Below are positions 1 through 10,333 of a stretch of 64,000 nucleotides of DNA, piece by piece. The DNA lies in the NCBI GenBank assembly GCA_963832165.1, contig CAWHTE010000011.1:768001-832000 (forward strand), in the 5' to 3' direction. The notes under the pieces are model-generated. The model did not search any database and was not told the origin of the DNA. It saw nothing but the letters and a program-made list of their open reading frames with translations. Numbering within the stretch: the first letter of the stretch is position 1; each line of letters opens with the position of its first letter. The DNA is from an uncultured delta proteobacterium. Lineage in GTDB: Bacteria > Myxococcota_A > UBA9160 > SMWR01. The translations under genes and the position numbers were made by a program.

Positions 1-168
1 GCGACGTCCCAGCTCGAGTCTCTGCTGCACTCCTCACGCGGATCGGTTCTCTGGCAGCTCGAGCGCAAGGACGACGCGATCGCAGCGTGGCAACGCGCGA
101 TCGAGGTCGATCCCGCGAACGAGCCCGCGCGGGAGAGGCTCGAAAGCGCACGCGCCGGCCCATCCTGA
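1..168 (+). CDS. C-terminal end of a TPR-containing protein (partial, starts before window)
   Basis: Frame 1 reads ...SSRGSVLWQLERKDDAIAAWQRAIEVDPANEPARERLE...*, a TPR-like helix pair; TGA at 166-168. Confidence 0.65.
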   Translation, partial: ATSQLESLLHSSRGSVLWQLERKDDAIAAWQRAIEVDPANEPARERLESARAGPS

Positions 169-171
169 GGT

Positions 172-1404
172 TCAGCGGAGCCCGGCGGGGTCCTCACGCG
201 GCGGAACGTCGCGGAACTGAGCGAGCAGCAGCAGGTCGTAGACGATCTTGAGCGCGCCGCCGAGCACGAGCGGCCAGCCGAAGCTCGAGAAAGCGAGCAG
301 CGCGCCCGAGAGCGAGGGCGAGAGCGAAGTGGCGAGGCTGCGCGGAACGTTCGTGACGCTGGCGGCCGCAGCGCGTTCCTCGGGCGGCACGATCGCCATC
401 ACGTAGGACTGGCGAGCCGGCACGTCCATCTGCGAGAGCGCCATCCGCAGCAGGAGACACGTCACCGCGAGCGTTGCGTTGGGCATGAACGCCGCGAGCA
501 CGAGGAACGCGTTCGCGGGCAGGTGGGTATAGACCATCGTGCGGATCAGCCCGATCCGCGCGGCGATCCGCGCGGATACGAGCTGCGATAGCCCCGCGAG
601 CAGCGCGGAGAAGAAGAACACGTTGCCCGCGGCCTGGACCCCGAAGCCGAAGCGCTCGAACAGCCAGAGCGCGAGCATCGAGCGGATCGCGAACCCGCCG
701 CCGAACGAGTCGAGCGCAAACAGCGCGGTCAGCTTCATCACGACCCCGCGCGAGCGGCGGAGCGGCGCGCGCGGAACCTCCGCGACCGCGGGGGCCGCGC
801 GCGCGGGCAACCCGCGGTAGAGCCACGCGATGGGCAGCGCGGCGAGCCCGTAAAGCGCGAGCCCGACGCGAAATGCGCCCGCGCGCGAGATGCCGATCGC
901 GTCCGCGAGCAGATCGGGTGCGCCCGCCGCGAGCGATCCGAGCCCGCCCGCGAGCGCGCCCGCGAGGTTGTAGCGCGCGAACAGTGCCACGCGATCGTTG
1001 CCCGCGATCGCATCCGCGAGCAGGGCCTGCTCCGTGGGCAGGAACACGGACACGTCGCCTTCGCTCGCGTTGAGCGTGCCCGTGAACGCGATCACCACGA
1101 GCAGCCAGAACGCGGTGGCGCTCGCGAGACCGACGCCGGTCGCGAGCATGAGCGCGCACGCGCCGAACAGCACCGCGCGCTCGCGCAGCCGCTGGCCCGC
1201 GAGTCCCACCGCGAGCGTGAGCAGCGCAGAGCCGAGCAGCGTCGCCGTCACGAGCGCGCCGATCTCGAGTGGCGAGAAGCCGAGGTCCGCGAGATACGCG
1301 ACCAGAACGAGCGACGCGAAGCCGTCCGCGGCTCCGCGCACCGCGCGCGCGAGCACGAGCCGCTCCGCCCCGGGCGCGGCGCCGCGAGGCACGAGCCACG
1401 TCAC
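172..1404 (-). CDS. MFS transporter
   Basis: About 12 hydrophobic segments; ARIGLIRTMVYTHLPAN and SQMDVPARQSY motifs; GTG start inferred at VTWLVPRG. Confidence 0.85.
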   Translation of the reverse strand: MTWLVPRGAAPGAERLVLARAVRGAADGFASLVLVAYLADLGFSPLEIGALVTATLLGSALLTLAVGLAGQRLRERAVLFGACALMLATGVGLASATAFWLLVVIAFTGTLNASEGDVSVFLPTEQALLADAIAGNDRVALFARYNLAGALAGGLGSLAAGAPDLLADAIGISRAGAFRVGLALYGLAALPIAWLYRGLPARAAPAVAEVPRAPLRRSRGVVMKLTALFALDSFGGGFAIRSMLALWLFERFGFGVQAAGNVFFFSALLAGLSQLVSARIAARIGLIRTMVYTHLPANAFLVLAAFMPNATLAVTCLLLRMALSQMDVPARQSYVMAIVPPEERAAAASVTNVPRSLATSLSPSLSGALLAFSSFGWPLVLGGALKIVYDLLLLAQFRDVPPREDPAGLR

Positions 1405-1432
1405 GTCGGATGCGGCTCGCGCAGCGCTCGGA

Positions 1433-3130
<1,698 letters not shown>

Positions 3131-3252
3131 CGCGAGTCCTCCGCGCGCGGATGGTACCCGCTCGCGGCGGCGCGCGTACACCCCGTCCGGGGCGTATCAC
3201 ATACCGGCAACTATTGAGGAAAATCCATGGTAGGAACTGGCGCGAACGCGAT

Positions 3253-3268
3253 CGTGATCTCGATCACG
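3253..3268. promoter_or_regulatory. CRP/FNR-like palindrome CGTGA-N6-TCACG in the divergent promoter region upstream of pleD
   Basis: cgtgatctcgatcacg resembles the TGTGA-N6-TCACA consensus. Confidence 0.35.
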
Positions 3269-3400
3269 GGGCGCTCAAGCCGGCTCGCTCTGGCTCCGAT
3301 ACTTGCTTTCGGAGCAAAAAATCCCGGTGCCCGTACTGTCCCTCGTCTCGGCTGCGATTCTGGGATCGCGGCTCGACAGCCCGCGTGTTCGGAGACCGGC

Positions 3401-4771
3401 GTGACGGCGCGCGTTCTCGTGGTCGACGATTCGGCGGGGAGCATGGCCTTGCTACAGGCCCAGCTCAGGTCGGAATATCTGGAAGTGGTCCCCGCCCGCG
3501 ACGGCGCCGAGGCTCTGGTCCAGGTCGCTCAGTGTCAACCGGATCTCGTGCTGCTCGACGCGATCATGCCGGGGATGAGCGGGTTCGATGTCTGCCGCCG
3601 GCTCAGAGCGGATCCGGCCACGACGCATCTGCCCGTGGTGATGGTGAGCGCGCTCGACCAGCCCGACGATCGCATGGCTGCGTTCCAGGCAGGCGCCGAC
3701 GATTTCCTGACGAAGCCGATCCATATGCTCACGCTGATGGCGCACGTGCGCCGACTCGTCCAGTCCAAGATGGTCATCGACGAGCTGCGGATTCGTGGGT
3801 ACGAGGACCCCGATGCGAGCCGCGGATCGGGAAACGACCTCACGTTCCCGAACGTCGATGTGACGAGCGGACAGGTGCTCCTGGTCATGCCAGACCGGGA
3901 CGTCATCCGCGAGGTCCGACTCGCTTTGAGCCCCACGTATCAGGTGCACGTCGATCGCGACGCCGAAGACGCGCTGCTCGTGCTCAAGCGTGCCGAGCTC
4001 GATTTGATCATTCTCGATCTCTCGAACGCGGGCACCGAAGGTCTGCGCTTGTGCTCGCGGTTGCGAAGCATGGAAGAGACGCGGGACACACCGGTGCTGG
4101 CGTTGCTGCACGATCACCAGACGGTGGCTCGGGTGCGGACCCTCGAGATCGGCGTGGACGGGGTCGTCACGCTGCCGATCCATCCTGGCGAGTTGCTGGC
4201 TTGTGTCGCTTCGCGGCTGCGCCGCAAGCGGTTCTCCGATCAGCTGCGCAACAGCCTGCGGCAATCGCTCGAGCGACTGGTCAAGGATCCGCTCACGAGC
4301 ATGCACAATCGGCGGTACCTGGAACAACACCTCGGGCCGCTCGTCGCCCAGAACGGCGAGAGGGGACGGCCGGTATCCCTTTTGATCTTGGACGTCGACC
4401 ACTTCAAGGCGGTCAATGACACGTACGGGCACGACGTCGGCGACGAGGTGCTGCGCGAGGTCGCGCATCGCATCAGTTCCGGTCTGCGCGGCTTAGACCT
4501 CGCTTGTCGCTTCGGCGGAGAGGAGTTCGTGGCGGCGTTCTCGGGGGCCGATGCTGAGGCCGCGCTGCAAATCAGCGAGCGCTTGCGACGCAAGATCGCC
4601 GATCAACCCTTCTCGGTCAGGACCGACAAGGGTCCGCTCGCAGTCACGATCTCGATCGGCGTCGCGACCTCCGTTGCCGGAGACACCGCCCAGACACTGC
4701 TCAAGCGCGCCGATCTGGCGCTCTACCGCGCCAAGAAAGAGGGCCGCAACCGCGTCGTCGCAAGCCCCTAG
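3401..4771 (+). CDS. pleD: PleD-family response regulator / diguanylate cyclase (REC-REC-GGDEF)
   Basis: (M)TARVLVVDD...LLDAIMPGMSGFDVCRRL, second REC domain, DVDHFKAVNDTYGHDVGD, RGLD I-site then GGEEF; ggaga RBS before GTG 3401. Confidence 0.9.
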   Translation: MTARVLVVDDSAGSMALLQAQLRSEYLEVVPARDGAEALVQVAQCQPDLVLLDAIMPGMSGFDVCRRLRADPATTHLPVVMVSALDQPDDRMAAFQAGADDFLTKPIHMLTLMAHVRRLVQSKMVIDELRIRGYEDPDASRGSGNDLTFPNVDVTSGQVLLVMPDRDVIREVRLALSPTYQVHVDRDAEDALLVLKRAELDLIILDLSNAGTEGLRLCSRLRSMEETRDTPVLALLHDHQTVARVRTLEIGVDGVVTLPIHPGELLACVASRLRRKRFSDQLRNSLRQSLERLVKDPLTSMHNRRYLEQHLGPLVAQNGERGRPVSLLILDVDHFKAVNDTYGHDVGDEVLREVAHRISSGLRGLDLACRFGGEEFVAAFSGADAEAALQISERLRRKIADQPFSVRTDKGPLAVTISIGVATSVAGDTAQTLLKRADLALYRAKKEGRNRVVASP

Positions 4772-4790
4772 GCGCAGCACGCCGGCAACT

Positions 4791-5400
4791 TCACGGCCCG
4801 TTCTTCGACAGCATACGGTACAGATGATCGCGGGCGGCGGGCCGCCATCGATCAGATGTAAGCACGCGCGCGTGTACGCCGCGCAGGTGGTGCCAGGCGC
4901 ACAGCGTGGTGAGATTGGAACAGTCGTCTGCACCGCCCGCGGAGCGGAACAACACGTGGTGCTGCTGCAGGTTGCGGTACGACGTGCAGCCGGGCACCGT
5001 GCAGCGCCAGCCGTCGCGCTCGAACACGGCGTGGTCCTTGGGAGTGCGCTTCTCGGGCCCCCACGACGCGAGCGCGTGGTCGATCATCGCCTCGAGCGCG
5101 TCGCTCGCGCGGCACGGACGGCCGCGGATGCGCTCGAGCCGGCGCTGCGCCGTCGCGAGCACGGCGCGGAACAGCTGCGCCACCTCGGGAACCGCGCTGA
5201 AGAAGAGGCGTTCACTCTCTTTCTCCAACCGTGTGATGGCACCCGTTTGGAGACCCGCGGGGTCGGGGCTCGCATCGCTCGCCTCGCCGTGCGGTGCGAG
5301 CGGCGGCGGTGCGAAGACGCCTGTCGCGAGCGCGCGCTCCACGTCGTCGCCGAGCCGGCGCACGGAGAGGCGCTGCGCGTGCGCCACCCAGCCTTCGCGA
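4791..5400 (-). pseudogene. HNH endonuclease fragment (5'-truncated, C-terminal tail lost)
   Basis: VFERDGWRCTVPGC...HHVLFRSAGGADDCSNLTTLCAWHH HNH/Zn signature; no credible start; similarity ends after GVHA. Confidence 0.75.
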
Positions 5401-5406
5401 TGGCGA

Positions 5407-5618
5407 GCCGCCGCTGACACGCTGCGCCAGCGCGTGCTCGACCACTTCGCGCGACACGACGAGCTCGACACGTCCGCCTACAAGGCGCTGATTGGTACCT
5501 CGCGGCGCACTGCGGAGCCGCTGATGGAGCTGTTCGATGCCGAACGGCTCACCGTGCGACGCGGCGAAGTCGCCGGCTGCGCAGTACCGGAAGCGCGGAT
5601 CGGGTGCCGGGCGCCTAA
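5407..5618 (+). pseudogene. selB: 3' fragment of selenocysteine-specific elongation factor SelB (last winged-helix domain)
   Basis: LDTSAYKALIGTSRRTAEPLMELFDAERLTVRRGEV resembles the SelB WH4 pattern FK..G.SRK.AIPLLE.FD....T.R.GD.R; a 1-nt frame correction near 5570 gives RRLR...TAA 5616-5618. Confidence 0.65.
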
Positions 5619-7262
5619 CGCTGCCGGCGTCTCGCAGCGGCGATCCCCACGAGCCCGAGCGCAATGAGCCCCGCGGTCGTCGGCTCGGGCACGAACGTCA
5701 CCTCGATCTCGAAGGTCTTCTTGTGGATGTTGTTATTGCCGCCGTCGAACGAGAAGGCCTCGAGCGAGTTGTCGAACTGGAAGATCTCGATGGCAGTCGC
5801 GTGCGTGGTCAGCGCACCAACATTCGCGATGAGCTCCGCCGTTCCAGATGGCGTCGGGGTCGGGGTCTACCCAGTGTCCGTTCCCGGCAGTCCCAAGCGG
5901 AGTGAAGCCCATGCTGACGGACTGAGACGGAATCGAGAGATTCGTGATGAAATCGAGCGCGGTGACCCGGTAGAAGAGATTGCCGATCACCTGCGCCGAA
6001 CCGTCCAGCGACAGGTTGTAATCACCCGACTCGCGGATGGTGATCGAACCGATCCGCGCATTGGGATTGGTGGCTTGCGGGATCACGATGTCCAACAGGA
6101 GTCTCGTGTCGACGAGGTCTCCCGAGGCGCTGGTCGTCTCGGCAAAGAACGACGGATCGACGTCGAAGACCAACGTAGTTCCGGCGAGGAAGATGTTGTT
6201 GGGATCGCCGCCGTTCACGAGCAGCGGCGGATCCGGATTCGTCGCTGATTCCTGGATGTTGTTGTACTGGATCAGCGTGTTCTGCTTGTCGCCATAGTTC
6301 ACTACCAACGCGGATGCAGAGGTCGCGAAAGCAACGACCAGGCCAAACGCAACGGCGAACGATCCGACGGACGGCGCCAACCTAGCGGCTATCCCGCCAC
6401 GGATCGGAAATCCCATGCTGTGCCGTTTCGCTCGCCGCGCCCAGAGAGCGAGGCCGATCAAGCCGGTCGCAAGGAGCAAGCCCGCCGAGGGCTCGGGCAC
6501 GCCACTGAAGCCGCCGCTACCAAAATCAGTGCGGCCGCTGCCGAGGTCACCGCCGCCGGTGCAATCATTGGAGATGGTGTTCGTATCCATCGTCACTGCG
6601 CCATTGAGCGCGATGGCCCTTCCGCACAGAATCCTCACACCGCTAGTCAACGTAATGCTCTGGTCCGCGAGGATATTGCCTGCGAACGTCGTCAACGTAC
6701 CGAGAGTTGCGGAACTGCCGACCGCAAAATAGACGCCAGTGTTGGCGCCACCATTGATGACGTTCACGCTCGAGCCGCTGGCGGTCGTCAGGGTGCTCCC
6801 GATCTGGACAATGAACAACGCATTGGGATCACCTTGAGCGTCGAGGGTGAGGATCCCCGTCAGCTGAGCCGATGTATCAAAGTTATAGACGCCCGCAAAC
6901 AACGTTAGGCCGCCGAGATCTTGGCCCGTCAGATCGCTTGTGAACGGCTCGGCCTGCAGCGAAGTAAACGCTGTGCTTGCGTCGAGCTGCGCCTGCTGCG
7001 CTACCGCATCAGTTTGGTGCACGGTTCCGGTCAGCGTGATGCTGCCTAGACCCGTGATCGAGGTGCCGGGGTAGACACCCAGGTCGCCATTGATGGTGGT
7101 GGCGCCCGTGTTCGTCACGGTCGAAGCGCCCAGGACCGCAAAGCTCTCCGCCGTGCCCAGGGGAAAGGGCGTGGCCCAACCAGGGGCGGCATATAGAAGC
7201 GCGCCGAATACGAGGATCGCGAGCAGGGACGAGAACTGGAGCCTATGGAGATGGGGGGACAT
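5615..7262 (-). CDS. DUF3494 ice-binding-like protein with internal PEP-CTERM, fused to a second secreted domain ending in a second PEP-CTERM (frameshift about 5840)
   Basis: Signal peptide; [29 protein letters not shown]...[38 protein letters not shown] is DUF3494-like; VPEP at 6489-6500; alternate frame ends [25 protein letters not shown] (5615-5692). Confidence 0.8.
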
Positions 7263-7270
7263 GGTCAACC

Positions 7271-7630
7271 TCAGGGTGATCTGGTTGGTCTCGCACTAAC
7301 GGGAAAAGCTTCACAATCGACTCGAGTCGTTCGTGGCCTGTTAAGCGGAACTAGCCCGCCTAGCATCCGATCGAAATCGATCAACCCGGTCGAGGCGCGG
7401 CCCAAAAGCTGATTGCAGCCAACCCACGGGCCTCGCGCCCCGACTGGTTCCACCGGCATCCGCCGATACAGGCCGGTGAATTCAACCGCGCGGAGAAACA
7501 AAGTGGCTTGCGCGTTCGAGGCGGTGTTGCCGAAAAGAGCGGGGCCAACCGTCGAGCAGTCTTCGCACTCGGCCAGGTGTTTGGCTAGTAGAGCCTGCGC
7601 GGGAGACGCCCGGTCTCGGGGAAGGTCCAC
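7271..7630 (-). CDS. Hypothetical protein with an HLxxCxxC (zf-HC2-like) motif
   Basis: [15 protein letters not shown] at 7630 directly after two palindromic sites; ends 8 bp before the IBP gene; atypical codon use. Confidence 0.35.
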   Translation of the reverse strand: MDLPRDRASPAQALLAKHLAECEDCSTVGPALFGNTASNAQATLFLRAVEFTGLYRRMPVEPVGARGPWVGCNQLLGRASTGLIDFDRMLGGLVPLNRPRTTRVDCEAFPVSARPTRSP

Positions 7631-7637
7631 CAGCAAT

Positions 7638-7674
7638 ATGCACGGGTGCATGTAGTTAGTATGCACTGGTGCAT
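7638..7674. promoter_or_regulatory. Two tandem palindromic operator-like sites ATGCAC-NN-GTGCAT
   Basis: atgcacgggtgcat (7638-7651) and atgcactggtgcat (7661-7674), 23 bp period; half-site atgcac at 7702. Confidence 0.65.
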
Positions 7675-7741
7675 GAAAGTGGCCAAGCTAAATAAAGTTA
7701 GATGCACGAATGAACCGCCTGCGTGGTATCCGTTGCGTGGT

Positions 7742-8104
7742 TCAGCGCCGTCGCCGTTTGCGCGGCGGAGGAGCTTTCTTGGGCGGCCCAGGAAGCGGCC
7801 CGCACGGAACCGCGGCGTCGATGGCGTCCTCGAGCTCACCTTCTGTAGTGAAACCGAAGGCCCTCATCAGGCCTTCCCTTAGCTCGTGGCTCTCCCGGTA
7901 TTCCGGTAACGGTCGTACCCGGTCGTTTGTCGATCTAATGTTGCGCTTGCCATACAGGATTCGGTGGATCGTCGATTGATGGACACCGATTCTGCGCGCG
8001 ATCTCGGTCGTGTTAGGAAGCTCGAACGGGCCCTTGCGGAGCGTGCTCCGCTCCTCAAGCTGATTCCTTAGGAATCCCCGGAGCTTGGATAGCCGATCTG
8101 CCAT
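7742..8104 (-). CDS. Helix-turn-helix DNA-binding protein (XRE/Cro-like)
   Basis: TTEIARRIGVHQSTIHRILYG HTH; Pro/Arg-rich basic tail. Confidence 0.6.
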   Translation of the reverse strand: MADRLSKLRGFLRNQLEERSTLRKGPFELPNTTEIARRIGVHQSTIHRILYGKRNIRSTNDRVRPLPEYRESHELREGLMRAFGFTTEGELEDAIDAAVPCGPLPGPPKKAPPPRKRRRR

Positions 8105-8208
8105 AGGCCCGAGGATAGAGTATTCCGACGCGGCGGAGAAATGGCTCCCCAGGGGCTGATCGCCGGTCCCTAAAACCGGTGTTAGATCGACTTCTGGCGA
8201 GAAGAATT

Positions 8209-8222
8209 ATGCACTAGTGCAA
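8209..8222. promoter_or_regulatory. Third copy of the operator-like palindrome, upstream of the HTH gene
   Basis: atgcactagtgcaa, about 105 bp upstream of ATG 8104. Confidence 0.6.
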
Positions 8223-9147
8223 GGGTGTCGCGCTGCTTAGCGGATGCGAGAAACGATGCGCAGCTGTGTCATGTTAGGCATGCGAACCACTGCTTCTGAC
8301 ACAGAGTCAAAAACAGCCGACGAGAGCTTCACTTCTGCGCCCCTGCCGTGGATTCTCGGTACGCACACGCAGGCCGTATTGTCGGCACACACATTGCAGG
8401 CGGTAAGACTAATCGCGTATCGGTGTCAGTGCGCGTACCACGGATTGTAAGACTGACGCGTGCAAGCGTGCTTGCTTAGTCGTAAGAATGACATCGCGCA
8501 TCAGTGTCTCGATTTATTTGTGACGGTCGTCGCCGCCGGATCAGCTGCAGGGTGCCCGTGTCCCACGCGCGTCGGCGTCGGTATGGGCTATGCGCATGCT
8601 TCACGCCCAGTGGGCTGTCGCGCTGCCGGTCGCCGAGAGCGTCGCGTCGTTGGCGAGCGTGACCCTCTCCGAAGAGCGCGCGCTCGCGCGCAGTATCGCT
8701 TCTCACCCGCGTGCCGAAGGCGTCCTGCTAGGCCGCCCGCAATCGGCGGTCCATTGTCGTATTAGTTCAGTTCGTGGGCGTGCGTGCCGAATTCGCGGGA
8801 TCGCCGCAACAGAGATATTCCATGCCCCGAACGGCCCTGGCGACTTTCGAGTTCCCGCGGGTCGCCCGGAGAGAGGTCTCCGGGGGGAGCGTTCCGGCCG
8901 CGGGCCGCGATCACGCCGCCTGATCGATCCTGGCGCGTCCCCACAGGTTGGTATCGAGCTGATCGCTTCGCTGCGCGCGCTCCGGCGGGGAAGAGCAGGG
9001 CTTCGCGCGGAGAGACCCCGCCAACCCCTCGATTTTCTTGAGATCGCTGTCGAGGCCGAACAGAGCGGTTCGCACCGTCCGCGTGTGGGCGATCGCTCCC
9101 GCGGGCGGTTGCGTAGTAGAGTGGAGCTCTCGACGGGAGGAGCAGCC

Positions 9148-10293
9148 ATGCACGTCGGAATGGGCGTCATCTTCCAGGGCCAGGGCGAGGGCCGCACCGA
9201 CCGCAATGTCTACCGCAACGAGCTGCGGCTCGGAGATCTCGCGGAGCCGCTCGGCTACGAATCGCTGTGGGGCGTCGAGCACCACTTCACCGACTACACG
9301 ATGTGCCCCGACGTGCTGCAGTACCTCACGTACTTCGCCGGGCGCACTCAGCGCATCCAGCTCGGCTCGATGGTAGTGGTGCTGCCGTGGCACGACCCGC
9401 TGCGCGTGGCCGAACAGGTGATCGCGCTCGATCACTTCTCCAACGGACGGTACATCCTCGGGATCGGGCGCGGGCTCGGGCGCGTCGAGTTCGAGGGCTT
9501 TGGCGTCGCGCAGGAAGACAGCCGCGCAATCTTCGTCGAGTCGGCGCAGATGCTGCTCGAAGGGCTCGAGAAGGGCTACGTCGAGTACGACGGCAAGTAC
9601 GTGAAGCAGGTGCGGCGCGAGCTCCGTCCGCGGCCGTTCAAGTCGTTCCGCGGCCGCACCTATGCCGCGGCGGTCTCGCCCGAGTCTTCGGAGATCATGG
9701 CGCGGCTCGGCATCGGCATCCTGATCATCCCGCAGAAGCCCTGGGACATGGTGGTGAAGGAGCTCGACGACTACCGCACCGTGTTCAGCGCCGTGAACGG
9801 CGTCGACGCTCCGCCTCCGATCGTGGCCGGTTGGACGCTCTGCGATACGAACGCAGAGCGCGCCGAGGAGAACGCGCGGCGCTACATCGGCGAGTACTAC
9901 CAGTCGGTCGTCCGGCACTACGAGCTGATCGGCGACCATCTCACCAAGATGCGCGGCTACGAAGCCTACAAGGCGACACAGGAGCGGATCAGCCAGCCCG
10001 GCGGCATCGAAGAGTCGATCGACTTCTTCCTGGGTCTCCAGACCTGGGGCACGCCCGAGCAGTGCTACGAGAAGATCAGCGACCGGATCGAGCGCACGGG
10101 CGGCGAGACGTTCGTGGCCGTGTTCAGCTACGGCGGCATGCCCTACGAGATCGCGGAGGAGAGCCAGCGCCTGTTCGCGAGCGAGGTGATGCCGGAGCTC
10201 AAGCGGCGCATGCCGCGTGAAGACCAGCTGCTCGATCGCGCGCGTGCGGGCGAAGCGGCGAGAGGTGACGCGTTCCGCCTGCCGCCGAGCTGA
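9148..10293 (+). CDS. LLM-class flavin-dependent oxidoreductase
   Basis: LWGVEHHFTDY, VLPWHDPLRVAEQ, LGIGRG; ggagg RBS. Confidence 0.9.
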   Translation: MHVGMGVIFQGQGEGRTDRNVYRNELRLGDLAEPLGYESLWGVEHHFTDYTMCPDVLQYLTYFAGRTQRIQLGSMVVVLPWHDPLRVAEQVIALDHFSNGRYILGIGRGLGRVEFEGFGVAQEDSRAIFVESAQMLLEGLEKGYVEYDGKYVKQVRRELRPRPFKSFRGRTYAAAVSPESSEIMARLGIGILIIPQKPWDMVVKELDDYRTVFSAVNGVDAPPPIVAGWTLCDTNAERAEENARRYIGEYYQSVVRHYELIGDHLTKMRGYEAYKATQERISQPGGIEESIDFFLGLQTWGTPEQCYEKISDRIERTGGETFVAVFSYGGMPYEIAEESQRLFASEVMPELKRRMPREDQLLDRARAGEAARGDAFRLPPS

Positions 10294-10333
10294 TCCTCTT
10301 CCGCACCGCGGCAGCTGAAGCGGTGCGGAGCGC

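Noticed and set aside
3293..3321. Hairpin gctccga...tcggagc followed by an A-run
   Set aside because: The run is on the wrong side for an intrinsic terminator on either strand, and I recognised no riboswitch consensus.
8590..9147. N-terminal extension of the LLM ORF and short ORFs in this gap
   Set aside because: No motifs; a strong RBS and ATG at 9148 mark the real start.
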